64,000 nt of DNA from the human T2T-CHM13v2.0 reference genome, Homo sapiens: contig CP068257.2 of NCBI GenBank assembly GCA_009914755.4, positions 27,552,001-27,616,000 on the forward strand, given 5' to 3'. The position numbers and the translations under genes are program-made. This document shows positions 41,251 through 56,836 of the stretch, piece after piece; within the stretch, counting starts at the first letter, position 1; every line of letters starts with the position of its first letter. Under the pieces are notes generated by a model. That model did no database searches and was not told the origin of the DNA. It saw nothing but the letters and a program-made list of their open reading frames with translations.

Positions 41251-43869
41251 GTGGTTGAGATAGAGAATAAACTCCCAGGCACATTTGCTCTTTCTGTGTT
41301 TTTGTTTGTTTATTTGTTTGTTTGTTTGTGATCAGATCCCTGCCAGTGTCCATTTTCACATGTTGACACTCTCTTGTTTTTGTACTCCAGCCATTGCGTT
41401 TATTTCACCAAGCTTTTATTCATCTCTGTGACTTTACACAAATTGTTCTTTATGCTTGGGGTGCTCTCCCTTGTCACAGCTCCTCTCCTGTCTAAGACAT
41501 GCTTAGAAGATTCAAGAATAAGCTCCTTTGGTGGCCTCCCTGACCTTCCTCATCTCAGTCCCCTGTGTACTCTCAAAATATCCTGTACACGCTGTTTGAC
41601 ACTTACATTTTACTTGTCTAAGCCCGCTTCAGGCAGAGACTGTATCTTTTTCATATTTATCTTGGTACATAGTAAGTACTCAATAATTATTGAGTGAAGT
41701 TCAAATCTTTTGCATTAAGGGATATGAAATTCCAACTGGAAAAGTTAACAATTGTAATGTGAGAATAATATCTTTAATTAATTTTGTTTGCTTGCATATT
41801 TTCATTTTGTCCTTATAGTAACTCTGTGAATTAACAGGAACCCTCAATTGAATAGAGAAACAAAGTGAGGCTTGGGAGGGTTGGTAATTTTCCCAAAGTA
41901 ACTCAGCTAATAAGTGGCAGAACCAGGAGTCTGGTATGTGGTCTTAATTTAAAGCTGTTTTCTTCCCACTCTAACATCAAGCCCAGAATAGGAGAATAAA
42001 GGGTAAGAGAACCTGAAGGTGTTTTAAATGTGCTCATACCCCCAGTATTAGGTAAATTACTTTTCAGGGTATAAAGGTCTCCTGGATGTGTTATCAGAGA
42101 CAGTAGGGAACTGCAGAGATGAAAGAAGCTTGGAAATGTGCAAATATTTAAAAAGTATATCTGAGAAATCCTTTTCTCAGAATTTTTTATTAGCTAGATC
42201 GTTGTTGAACATTTGGAATAGAAGATGGCAATCAATCAGGACTGACACACGTTTCCTTCGAATAGATCAGGTAAAGTAAACTCCAATTTTCTTTCTATTC
42301 TAAGTTTCCTAGATTGTATGATCACAATAAAATAGCAGACAAAATGTTCACTTATTTGTTCTGGGACCACCCCTCCCCCCCACCACCAGTTGTCATCATT
42401 GGGCCAAAATCCACACAGAATAAGATAAAGTAATCAGCAAATTCAAATGAATTAGCAAGGACCAGTCTCAAGACTGTCTACAAAAAGAATGATCAGATCT
42501 TAACTCTAAGTCCTCAAAGGCTTCATCTTCCATGACCCAAGTGGGTGGTCTCCATCTCTATTATCATTGTATGGTATCTACTGCATCCTATAATGTACTT
42601 ATCCTTTCATGCACCCTAAACATTTCTACAATATCCTAGCAGAGTGAAGAGGCATATTGCCTAGAAACATGGGAGTTTTCAAAGGGATAAGGATTTCTTC
42701 ATTGTCATGACCTTTTGTACATGATGTACATGATTTGGTGGTGTGTCCCACTATCTGGGCCTTGTGGTTTCCTTACAGACAGTTTCTGCTGTTGTTTTTG
42801 TGGTTGGTTCCTCCTTCAGCCTTCTTATCCGTTAGATATCTGTGCAGTTCTTCATTTTTCTTCATAAAAGTAACAATAAACAGCACAAATGAACCCCTGG
42901 CAACCTTTATTATTGTATTATACATGAATAAAGCCTATTTTAATAATCTTATGAGCGAGATAAAAGCATGTGGGATGGCTACCTCTGATGTTCCAGATGA
43001 TTTTTTAAGTAGTTGGACAGTCACACAAAAAGGGTATAAACCAAGGGAGGTCAACCTTAAAAGAAGTTTCTTTGTTCTTTGACTTCTGTGAAAATGTTAT
43101 CGGAGACTTGAATATAAGCATAAAAGCCACATTTATCAAATTTAAAAATTTATAATGCAAAAAGCTGCCAGCTTAGCGAAAAGAACTCTTTTTTTTTTCT
43201 TTTTTTGCTGCTAGTTGAAGATGAAAATTCTAAGTAATCTCACCAGGTTGGACAACTGGCTATGAAATGGCATGAAATATGTAAGTTACTATTGTCAGCT
43301 TTAAAAGAGCAAATCTGCAATGATAAGATATAAGATCTGAAAATCTTTGTGGCAGCAGCTTTTGTAAAAACGAAAATAAGACATAAACAAATAAATTAAT
43401 TACAAATTTGCTGTGAGACCAAAATACCACACAGCCCCCAAAAGCTGAGATAGTCACTGCAGATATTGAAGATCTGCATTCTAAACCACATGTTTTATCC
43501 CCAATGTTCAGCTCAATGTATTGTGCTTGGTAGATTCTTAATTATTATTTGTTCAGTAACAAATATAATGATCAGGTCTTTGCAGGAGTATTAAATTAAA
43601 ATTTGTCTGTTACACTTTAATGGTCAGTTGTTAACCTGGAGTGCACACAAATAATGATAGATCAGCAAGGAGGGTCTAAAAACCACATACTAGGAAGTCC
43701 AATGGAAGAATTAGGCGTGTACAGAAGAGAAGGTTAATTTATTAAGAGACCGGCTATTTTATTATAGATTGTCTTATTCTGTCCCAAGGGAAGTATTCTA
43801 ATTGATGTTATAGGGAGGCAGGTTTAAACTCAGTATTAAGAAGAGCTTTCTATAATTAATAAAAGACAA

Positions 43870-44244
43870 TGATATGGACTTGTATTAGTTTGTTGTCACA
43901 CAGCTATAAAGAGCTACCCGAGACTGGGTAATTTATAAAGAAAGGAGTTTTAATTGACTTACAGTTCCACATAGCTGGGGAGGCCTCAGGAAACTTATAA
44001 TCATGGCAGAAGGTAAAGGAGAAGCAAGCACCTCCTTCACAAGGCAGCAGGAGAGAGAGAGAACAAGGTGGGAAGTGCCACACTTTAAACCATCAGATCT
44101 CGTGAGAACTCACTGTCATGAAAATAGCAGAGGGAAACCCGCCCCCATGATCCAAACACTTCTCACCAGGTTCCTCCCCTGACATGTAGGGATTATAATT
44201 TCAGATGAGATTTGGGGACGGGAGCACAGAGCCAAACCATATCA
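43870..44244 (-). mobile_element. THE1/MST-type MaLR LTR (about 375 bp)
   Basis: Reverse complement of the MaLR LTR consensus. The left end is 'tgtattagtttgttgtcacacagctataaagagctacccgagactgggtaatttataaagaaagg' and the right end is 'ggagcacagagccaaaccatatca'. Confidence 0.85.
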
Positions 44245-45111
44245 GGACTATTGCATGACCATCTATTAGGCACGTTGTAGGGAAAATTTCTATCTATATA
44301 TTTGGTGTAGTGATTTAGCTTGGATTGTCTTTCCAACTCAAAGACTACATTGGGTAGTAAGAGCTAGTCTAATTTTTTAAAAAAATAATAAATATCTGGG
44401 CTATATGCACTTTTTTCATTATCAACAAAACTACTAAAATATCTTTTCACAGATTAAGCCTAACAATGGGGTTTCTAATTCTTTCTTACTATATTACAGT
44501 TTTGTTTTTTACAGTTTGTTAGAGATCACTAGACAGTTACTAATATCCATTATTTTGTCAACATGTAGCTATCTCTGTTGGTTTTTAAAATGCTTGAATA
44601 TTTTCTGAATTTAAGAAGTGATTTTACAGTATTTGCTGTATTTACAGTATTTGCTGATTCAGATCATTATGATTATTTATAAAGCCAATCATATGTTTCT
44701 GTTTCTGTGTATTTTACAATTTTTTTCAATATGTAAGTGAGGACTGAGAATTAAGAAGTTTTTTGGAAAATGCTAGTTTTTATTAGATGGTGCCCAGAAT
44801 ATCTCAATAATGAAAAGTTGAGTATGTTGGAGTTAAACCAATTGCCTGCCCTCAATGCAGTGCTTATTTCAGTTTGCTGACAGCACTAGTCAGCAGTTTG
44901 CTGTTCTGAGTGTTTACTACCACATCCCTGACATATTCTACCCTGGAATCCCAGGACTCTGTGTTTTCTGGTTACGCTCGGCCTCTCTGGCTTCTTCACA
45001 GCTGCCGCTCCCTCATTCTCATCTTAACTGTGGCCACACCCAAAGGAAGGATTTGTAATTCTCTTCTTTGCAATTTTCTGCTTAGAGGTCTCCTCTGCTT
45101 CCATGCCTTAA

Positions 45112-45758
<647 letters not shown>

Positions 45759-46689
45759 CAGGGTGTTTAAGGATAACTTGGTGGGTGGGGGAAGACCAGT
45801 GAATTGAGAGTGCTGCTTGGTTGGGTCAGAGATGAAATCATGGCAAGTTGAAGCTGTCCTCTTGTGCTGAGTCAATTCCTGGGTGGGGGCCACAAGATCA
45901 GGTGAGCCAGTTTATCAGTCTGGGTGGTGCCAGCTGATCCATCAAAATATCTGCAAAATATTTCAAGCACTAATCTTATGAGCAGTTTAGGGAGGGTCAG
46001 AATCCTGTAGCCTCCAGCTGCGTAAGTCCTAAAACATAATTTCAAATCTTGTGGCTAATTGGTCCTATAAAGGCAGTCTAGTCCCCAGGCAAGAAGGAGG
46101 CTTGTTTTGGGAAAGGGCTGTTATGGTCTTTGTTGTAAACTATAAATTCCTCCCAAAGTTAGCTCGGTCTATGCCCAGGAAGGGACAAGGACAGCTTAAA
46201 GGTTAGAAGGAAGATGGAGTTGGTTAGGTCAGATCTCTTTCACTGTCTCAGTCATAATTTTGCAAAGGCAGTTTCAATATCACAGTTCCTCTCCTCCCTG
46301 CTTAGGGAGACAGTGTCCCATAATTGTTAAGAGCACACCCTCTGACTCAAGCCATCTAGGTTCAAATCCTAGCCCTTCCCTTCTCCAGTTGCCGAACTCG
46401 AACAAGTATTGTAGCCTCTTCAAGCCCCATTTTTCATATCTGTAAAGCGGAGATCGTAACAAACTGTACATGTCGATGATGTCCACAGAGTTGGATCAAG
46501 GGTTACGAATCTGACAGCCCAAACCTCCAGACTGGCTGTGCTATTATTTCAGTTATTCTGACATGGCTCTGATGCAATGTGGACGTCAACAAAGCATTAA
46601 AAGTGAGAGACAGATTAGTAAGCAACTCCCTAAGGGTGGATTTTTAAATATGCACTAAAATTGTGGAGAAGTTAATATACTATATTAGT

Positions 46690-47000
46690 TCACTAGGGCT
46701 GCCATAAAAAAGTGCCAGAAGGACGCTAGGTGACTCAGAAAACAAAAATTTGTTTTCTCACAGTTCTGGAAGCTGTGAATCTAAGATCAATGTGTCAGCA
46801 GGTTGACTTCTGAGGCCCCTCTCCCTGGCTTGTAGATCTGTGACTTCAGATTGTCTTCCTTCTGTGTGTCTGTGTCCTAATCTTATAAGGACACCAGTCA
46901 GATTACATTAGGACCCATGCCAATAACCTCATTTTACCTTAATTACCTCTTTAAAGCCTTTATGTCTGTTAAAGCAAACTATAGCCTGAGAAGGACTCCC
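46690..47000 (+). mobile_element. Ancient interspersed repeat (same unnamed family), diverged
   Basis: 'ctagggctgccataaaaaagtgccag...ttctcacagttctggaagctgtgaatctaagatcaatgtgtcagcagg...cttataaggacaccagtcagattacattaggacccatgccaataacctcatttt'. Confidence 0.3.
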
Positions 47001-48555
47001 TACTTCTATATTTGAGTCCTTGCGGATGAACCGTAACCTAACTTAATAGGCAGATAAAATTGAAAACCTAACTTAGTAGTATGCACCTGTAACAATAGCT
47101 AAATCCTAGCCAATCCCAGCAGCCATATTTCAACCATTCATACACTGCTTAGTGCTCAAACTGTGTTCAAATAAGGCAAACGCCAACCTCTAACCAATCC
47201 AGCCGTTCTGTACCTCACTTCCAATTTCTGAACGTCATTTCTCTTTTTTTTTTTGGTCTATAAATCTTCCACCACATGGCTGCGCTGGAGTCTTTGTGAA
47301 TCTGCTGTGATTCTGGGGGCTGTCTGATTTGTGAAACGTTCATTGCTCAATTAAACTCCTTTAAATTTAAACCGACTGAAGTTTTTCTTTTATCATGTCC
47401 CAAAACAGGAACATTCTGAGGTACTAGAGGTTTGGAGTTCAACATATACATTTGGCGGAGGTTGCAGGAAGACAATTCAGCCCATAGCATGTACCTACCT
47501 AAGGTCTTAACTGGTAAACAAACAAACAAAAAACCAACCTAGTTATAGTTTTAAATTTGTTTCTATTTTATTTCCCATGAGGTAATCTAAAAGAACCTGG
47601 GGAATCCAGGTGCTTTTCAAAGCAGTACTTGTATGGTGTTTCATCATTACCTCTCAGCGGGAGGGAAATGAAACTCAGACGGGCCCATTTGGTTTCTATG
47701 ATACCAGCTTTCCTCACCTTTCTTGGGGAGAGTGATTTTGAAACTATGGGCTACAAAAGACTTTTGGATTATGTGTGAGCTATGCTCTCTCTCTGGGACT
47801 CCTACTATGCTTTGTGATTGTGAAAATAAGTGATTCAAAATCTAAGCTGTTGGAACTCTAAATTATTTTGAGCCATAAGGAAATGTGAATTATGGGGCCT
47901 GAGTCACAAGACAGGCAGCTGTAAACTAGGCAGCTGTGAACTTTTTGTAATATTTTTGATTGTCTGAATTGTCTTTTCCCTTACCTACATTATTTTGTAA
48001 AATGTTGTGAATGGTTGTAGGACGTGCGACAGGTGTAGCTCACCTGCTTGGTCGCCCCAAAGCTCAAAGGAGGAGCATGCAGACAGGCAGGTGCAGAGGC
48101 CAGTACAAGCACTTTTGGGCTCCTGTCCCACGGCAGAGTCTAGGGGTGGGTCTCTGTGTCACTCGAAGCCCATGTAGGCATGTATTACAAAGCTCTTTCA
48201 GATTTGTTGTCTGCAGACGGCTTGTGTGTTAATCAGCTTAACGGACCCTCTGCCTTATTGTGAGGGCAGGGGGCCAGCGTGACAACTTTCTTTATCCCAA
48301 GCTCTTGTCCAGTGTCCTGAAAGAATCAGATCACACATGGGCTTGAAGGATGAGTGCAAGGTTTCATTGAGTGGTGGAGGTGGCTCTCAGTGAGATGGAT
48401 GGGGAGGCAGAAGTGGGGATGGAGTGGGAAGGTGGTCTTTCCCTGGAGTCGGGCATCCAGCGGCCCAACTCTTCTCCAGCCACCCCTGGCCAAGCTCCCC
48501 TATGAGTCCAGACATCCTTCCTTTTCTCTCTTTCTCTGCTGCATTGTTCCACTGT

Positions 48556-48595
48556 CACTGGTCTGCTGGTTCACTGGTCCACTGGTCTGCTGGTC
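48556..48595. repeat. Short tandem repeat of a roughly 15-bp unit 'cactggtcYgctggt', about 2.5 copies
   Basis: Read directly: 'cactggtctgctggtt cactggtc cactggtctgctggtc'. Confidence 0.6.
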
Positions 48596-51500
48596 TTGAT
48601 GTCCAGCTTCTTGTGTATGTGCCCGCTAAGGTCTTGGGTTTGTATGGGGGCAGGATGGGGGGTGCATGGCAGGCCAAAAGGCAAATTTTGGCCATGAAAA
48701 CAGAAATGCCTGTCCTCCTTTAGGGCTGCCGGTCTTCAGGCTTGAGGGTGGGCCGTTTGTTGGGGAACCGCCCCCTTCTACCCAGTATTTCCCTGTTTCC
48801 TGTCCATATCAGTGAAGGATGCCAGAGGAGACCCCTTCCCTCTTACTATTGACTTTCATTATAGATTAACCTCTTTCTTCTCACACAAAAACTTTATGGC
48901 CATCTCAATGCCTCAAGATGGAATGTTAAGCACACTCTTTTAAAATCAAAAGGAAATGAAAAGGAGCGATAAAGAAAAGAAAACAAGCTGCATGGAAAAG
49001 AAAAGAAAAGAAACTGATTAATTTGTTGTAACTCATAAACTGGCCCTGTATTGAAAATGTTGTAATCTTGTTAAATTTCTTTGCTTTTTCCTATATAAAA
49101 GAGAATTTAGCTTTTAACTTCAGAGCACTACCCCCATTTCTCTGGGACAGAGCATCCAGAAATGGCCATTCCCAGCTTTTTGCTTGAATAAACTCTCTAA
49201 AATTGGAATCTGACCCTTTAGATTATTTCAGGTTGACATGATGAGGAGTTGGCTATAAAGTCACTGCTCTGGCAAAGACTGAATTTCTCTCCTAGTATCA
49301 ATCCAACACCACTGTTGCCCTGATACATACTGCATTACTGTGGAAGGTTTAAAATCAATCTACTTAGTATTTTCCCTTTTGTAGAAGTGGATTTTAATTA
49401 TTTCAAGGATCAGGTTTATGGTGTGGGGTGGGGGCTCCAGGGATGTGGGGAGGGTAGCATCACAAGGAATTTTCCTCCAAAATGAGTGTAAGCTCAAGTC
49501 CTCTCTTGTGTCTGCTTTGCCTTACTTTGCAGGGAAAGAACCCAAGTTGCATGCAACTTCCCATCTAACTTCTCATTCTCTCTTAATTTTCAAACTTGTT
49601 TTCATCCCTATTAATAGCCAGGTCATAGAATCATTTTCAGAAACATTTCAGGTGCTTCAGGATTTTTGAAACCCTTTAGTTCGCATGGTTTGAGTGTGTC
49701 ACAGGTTAGTAAACCCTCAAAGCTATGCTGTCATGGTTATTGTGTGGTTTATGCCGAGAGAAACTGGTCATAGTCTGCCCCAAGTAGCAATTAATGGGGA
49801 CCCTGAGGGGCAGTCGGGAGAAGTGACTAAATCAATCCAGCAAGCTCTAGAGAAGCATTTCCTCTTGAGAAGTTCACTATTTTGTGAAAATCAAACGCAA
49901 CCAAATGCCAGGGGAAAGAACATCTCCCACTGGAGCTTGACAATATTTGTAGAATTAAGTGAAGTTGTGTTTCTGGTGGTTGAAAGTGTCTGTTTGTGAT
50001 CTCATGTATTCTATTTTGCTGAATAGGTACTTAGGATCTGATTTGGGAGGAAATGAAAGCATGACCACTGGCAAGAGTCAGAAAGAGCTACAGGCATTGG
50101 CATTTTCTGTCTATTTCTAAGATCTTTTTGTCAATCCGGTGTTTGGAAACAACTTTCAGTCTACCTGCAGGCATTTTAAATGAGTCCTTTACCTTGTTTC
50201 TCATAGGAAAACTTCATTTAGCTGCATCCACTCCAGGCAAGTTCTTTGTTTTCACTACTTGTCAGTGTTTTTTCTTAATCACTTCCCTCATCTTCCTTCC
50301 TCTCTGAGCCCCTCCTTTTCAACCTCCTCCAGTTCCCTACCCCCAGCCCCTAATGGAGTGTGATGTATTATACTTACGCTTTATGAAATTCTCATTAGGG
50401 AGGATCCTGTCCATTGACAATAATGGTTGACTTGCAGAATTCTCAAATATGAAGTTTCAATGGTTTGTACATCACATGTTGATTTTCTTTCCTTCCACAT
50501 GTGGATAATATCCACACAACAGTATCTCACACCCCTATTCTTTGTGAAAACATTATGTGGAAAAGTCGATGTCTTGGGTGGATCAATTGTCAATAACAAC
50601 AGTGTTTCGGATACATAAGCCCTTCCTGTTGTAGTCACACCTTCTCTCTGACTTTAGGGGCTCCTACAAGGTCCTTGTATTTATTTCAGAATAGGCTAGT
50701 GTAGAGACTTAAGGAAGAGCTCTCGGCATCAGTCAGGAATTCATCGGTCAGGCCCTGAGCCCTGCCTCTGCCATGCTGTCATTGACTTTGGCCTTAGGTG
50801 GGTCATTTTGCATCTCTGGGCCCAGTTTCCCCACCCTTAAAAGAAGAAGACTGGCCTGTCAGGAGTTCTAGCATCCTTGTGATAGGTCATCCTTGTTGGA
50901 CAATCCTTGTTTTGTTCCCATTAAGCTTTACTTGCCAGTGAGTTCCTTTTCGTCCTTTTGTAGATTCCGTAAGACCCAGAGGGTGAGTCTAGCCAAAGAG
51001 GGAATCAAGCTGGGCTAGCCAAAGAATGTATCCTCTTTGCTCCTAATCTTCTGAAGAATAAGTCACTCCAGAGGCAGGAGGAACCATCTCTGATTGAGCC
51101 AGTGAGCATGTGGCTGGCTGTCCTTATGAGCCCCAGGCCCCACCATCAGAGCTAAGCTTGCCAAGGAATGCGGTGTTCCTTCCATAGCTCTGCTTCAGAT
51201 CTGCTTCCCAGCCCTGTCTGTCCTTCTTGGATTAGGCAGCAGCATTCTAGGAACAAATCCCCTTTGCTCAGCCATGCATCACTGCCTTCCAACTCATTTT
51301 CTGAATCTCACAGTTCTTGTCCCCTCCCTGCTGGTCCTGGCAAGACTGAATTTGTCAGGCCTTGTTGAGTTCCTGTAGCCTGGTGCATGTGGTTAGGACC
51401 TAGGTTGCTTTTGGCTGCTCTAGATATTTTTAAGTACTTTTAATTGATTGGAAAAACATGCTAACTTTGAGTTTTAAAGTATTTGTAATTATACCCCCCC

Positions 51501-53536
51501 AAGGCCACTGACTTAGCTGTGGGGTTGTCAAAGAGCCATTAATAAGCAAATTAAAAGGAAGAGGTGGAGCCGTAAAAGCAGTTGCAGAACTAGAAGCCAA
51601 AAGCAGCACTTTCTGTTTAGTGACTGTAATAGCCCTGACTGTGTGTGGACTCCTGAGATGGAGGACAAGTGAACTTACTATGTGTTTGAAAAAATGGTTG
51701 CAGTGGGGCAAATATAAACCTATGCTGTGCCACACTCCTTCAAGGCTGATCTATTTCATGGCCACTTCCAGAATTGTGCAACAGGTGACCTCCAGGATAA
51801 CTATGGCTTATCTTACAGCAACGTAGTTCATCTAGGATAGAAAATTGTACCTTTATCCCTGGTACCTTCTGACTACAGATGACATAGTGCTTGAACCAAT
51901 CCTATCTAATCTCTTTCCACTCATTTTTAGAATAAAAGCCAAGCCTCTCATGGATTGGGATGCCCTTAGAGAAAGAATGCTTATTTCAATGCAGTTGTGT
52001 TACTGCTTCGTGGTGTCATATATATTAGTCAGTTTCACTGCAATAATATATAGTCTCCAAATCTCAGGGGCTCACGCCAACAAATTTTCATTTCCCACTT
52101 GCATTACATAGTGATGGTCATGCACTGATTGCTACAGTTCTGCTCCCAGTGTCTTCTCTTTCCTGGAATCAGAAACATAGCCATGTATAGTTGGGACTTG
52201 CTATTTTTGTTTCGTAACTGCATTTTTGTACCCAGTAGCTGTCTGCACTCCTTCCCCTTCCCTGTCCTCTTCCCAGCCTCTAGTAACCATCATTTTACTC
52301 TTTACCTCCATGAGTTCAATTGTTTTGATTCCTAAGTCTCACATATGAGTGAGAACCTGCGAAATTTATCTTTCTGTGCCTGGCTTTGGGACTGCTGTTT
52401 TTGTGGCAGAAAGAAAAACAGAGTATTGGCTGGAAAATGTCATGCTTCAAAGTGTTTGCTTGAACTGGCACACTGTCACCTCTGCTTACATTTCACTGGC
52501 CCAGACACCTCATGTTGCCAAGCCTGAAAACATGGCAGAGAAATATTCTCCACGTATGGAGAGGCACCACAAGTCATTCGGAAATGGGTTGGATGTATAA
52601 TCACTTACAGGGAAGAAAGCCAATATGGGGAATAACAGTCCCATCGATCATCAGGTTCACATGCTAGACAGGTAACTTCATGAGAAAGGCCATGCTCTGG
52701 ACAGAAGCCTCTGATCCATAAATCTGTCTTTCCTATCCTTGAGTGCTGTTATGTAAGGAAGACAGGGGAGAATAGCTCTTTGATTTTTATATTTGGGAAG
52801 GCCTGTGCCAAGATTCCTTTTATGAGATGGGATCTGTTTTTGTTCTAACACCCTTCAGGTTCACTTATTCCTGCCTTAGACGGTGTCTCCTCTTCTGCAA
52901 ATTGCTCGATTTGTTTGGCTTCATCTTTTGATTGCAGTTGATGGCTTTGGCGTTAATAAATGTTTTGCTCTTCTTTCAGCTGACTCTCAAATGTGCTCTT
53001 GCAGATGCAAAATCACTGTGGTTTGGCATCAGACCAGAAGATGTAGGAATCAGTATCAGCAGAGATGTGGGCTTCTTGGTCCGAGGCAGATTCAAGAAGT
53101 AGAAGATTACAGGAGAAGAGCTAGACATAGGAATAAATGCATCTATTTCCTTGTTTTAAGAGAGACTATAAAAGTTAACATTTTTTTCTTCACTTTCCAC
53201 AGGTGAATCTTTTTTGGACCATTTTGCTGTTTTAGCAGTGTCTTTCTCATGGAACATATAGCTTAGATGGTGAAATTATTTTTCTTAACTTTCAGACTTT
53301 CTGGAAAGTCAAGGAGGATGGGTGTTTCTGATCTGTGACAACAATGAATTTTTTATAATAACTTGAGATAGGAAAAAAATCTGATTGCAGTATATAATAA
53401 TCAGAAAATTTCCTCTTTGCAGAAATCAAAATTACTTCCAGCATATATAAAACAATCTTTGCTAATAAAGTAATACAAACCCTCCAGTTATTATTTATTT
53501 TTATTGGCTTTTTTGTAAAAGTATAGATATTTATAA

Positions 53537-54100
<564 letters not shown>

Positions 54101-54582
54101 TTTTGTGGCATTTGTATTGAATGGAATGAATAACTAAGCCAATGAATGAGCAAAATATACAGTCTTGTTCCAGAAAACAAAAGAACAACAAATGCAGACC
54201 AGGCAATAGATAGGGGGAATGCCTGCCTGCCCCAGTTTCCCAACCTTCTTTCCTTGGCTTTTCTGCCTTCCATGCTGAGTTACCTCATGGACCTGCAGCT
54301 ACTGTGCCAGGACTCCTGGTGTTTGCTTTTTCTCTTCCAACTCCAAGCAATGACAATATCAAGTTTTTTACTCCATGTTAGCACTCTTAGAACCCAATAT
54401 TTTAAAAATTGACTAAAATTCTAAGAGAAAATGTAAAAAGAAAAAAAATTACAACTCCCATTCAAAAGATGAAAAATAACAGCCTACCACTAATTGACAT
54501 TTTCCTGTACGCCGGACACTGTGCAAGGTTTCTACAGACATGGGAAGAGGGATTACTCTCTCCATTTTGGAGGTGTGGAGAT

Positions 54583-54956
54583 GATATGGTTTGACTGTGT
54601 CCCCACCCAAATCTCGTCTTGAATTGTAGCTTCCATAATTCCCACATGTTATGGAAGGGACCCGGTGGGAGTTAATTGAATCCTGGGGGTGATTTCCCTT
54701 ATACTGTTCTTGTGGTAGTGAATAAGTCTCACGAGATCTGATGGTTTTATAAGGGGAAACCCCTTTTGCTTGGCTCTCATACTCTCCTGCCTGCCGCCAT
54801 GTAAGACGTGCCTTTCGCCTTCCGCCATGATTGTGAGGCCTCCCCAGCCACGTGGAACTGTGAGTCCATTAAACCTCTTTTTTTTTTTTTTTTTTTTTTA
54901 AATAAAGCAACTGGTCTTGGGTATGTCTATCAGCAGGATGAAAATGGACTAATACA
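54583..54956 (+). mobile_element. THE1-type MaLR LTR containing an internal 24-T homopolymer
   Basis: 'tgatatggtttgactgtgtccccacccaaatctcgtcttgaattgtagcttcc...gtggtagtgaataagtctcacgagatctgatggttttataagggg...ccatgattgtgaggcctccccagccacgtggaactgtgagtccattaaacctc[T24]aaataaagcaactggtc...ggactaataca'. Confidence 0.85.
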
Positions 54957-55402
54957 GGAGCCGAGGCCTGGAAAGAGTTTTCCTTGTCCTGTGTCCCACT
55001 GCTGGTCAGTGGTGAAGCTTGGGATGAGAACAATGGTTATTTCATTCTACAACCCATACTTTGAAAAGCAGGCATTGCTAAGTAAAATAATTCTAGTTTA
55101 TGCAGAGAAGAGATTGACTTAGCATAAAGTTCCCTCTTTTGAAGACTCAGTGAGCAGCCTTGCAGCTGCTGCTGTGTAGGCCTTTCACAGTCAGGTTGCC
55201 TGGATTTTCTGCCCATGCATCTGACAGTAGCTCTTCTCCCAGCCATAGGTTACTTGTTTTCAAAACAAACACAGGCTTTTCTTTATAAGTTTTTTTCTGG
55301 TGCTCACCTCTCTCATCCCCTATACCTCTCTTCAACCTAGGCTCTTCCAAAAAGTACATCAGGCAGGTGAAGTTTACACCTCTAACTTCAGAGAAGTGGT
55401 TA

Positions 55403-55721
<319 letters not shown>

Positions 55722-56543
55722 AAAAAACCCAAAGCTTGGCTGGTCTGCCTCATCTTATTTCCCAATATTTTCCACTTAGTTTCCCTATGAATCTCTTAGA
55801 TCCTTTAGTGTCTTACTTCTACCCCACCAACAAAAGGAGTAGTGTGTATGAATTAGGATTTTACAATATAAATATACATTTACAGTAACATACTTATAAT
55901 GAGGATGTTTTTCTCTAAAAAGAACTATGCTAACATACTTTATATAATTGCAATGAATTTGTTTTTCACTGTTTATAACTTCTTAAAAAATATACTGGGC
56001 ATGAGAAGACCTATCCAAAAGCAGGAAAATCTTATTTTAAGTGCTGCAATTGTGTCAGTTATGTCATGAAATCATAAATGGTGGCTATCTGTCAAAATGT
56101 GCTATGTTTCCTTAGACATAAGGAAGACAATGAATTTTCAAGATAACTCACTGATGTGTCTTTGTTAAGCTGACATATTTGGAAGAATTCCCAAATAATT
56201 TTCATGGTCAGAGAGATTCTCATTTTGCAAGCTACCCCTAAGCAAGAGGCACTGGGGACTTTGCCCAACCAGTAATATTCAGATGAGTTGCAGATTGTTT
56301 AAGTAGCTAAATCATGTTAATCCTCTTTCCATGTATGGCAGCATTTATTTAAAATTATTTATTGAATGCATTCTATGTGCCAGGCCCATTTCCAAGTACT
56401 GGATATTCCTGGTGAACAAATCCTACACATATTACTACCTTTAGGGAGCTTACACTCTGGCATTAGGCATCAAAACAACACATTCTGGCAAATGAGGCTG
56501 GTAACTTTTAAGGATTAAATAGCTTAGAGTTATCAGAGTGTTG

Positions 56544-56836
56544 ACCAGGCATGGTGGCTCATGCCTGTAATCCCAACACTTTGGGAGGCTGAAGTGGGCA
56601 GATCAATGGAGGTCTGGAATTTGATACAAGCCTGGCCAACATGGTGAAACCCGGTCTCTATTAAAAATACAAATATTAGCTGGGCGTGGTAGCAGGCACC
56701 TGTAATCCCAGCTACTTGGGAGGTTAAGGCAGGAGAATGGCTTGAACCCGGGAGGCAGAGGTTGCAGTGAACTGAGATCTAGCCATTGCTCTCCAGCCTG
56801 GGCAATAAGAGTGAAACTCTGTTTCAAAAAAAAAAA
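56544..56836 (+). mobile_element. Alu SINE
   Basis: 'ccaggcatggtggctcatgcctgtaatcccaacactttgggaggctgaagtgggcagatcaatggaggtc...' with a poly(A) tail. The TSD is 'ttatcagagtg'/'ttatcagagag'. Confidence 0.95.
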
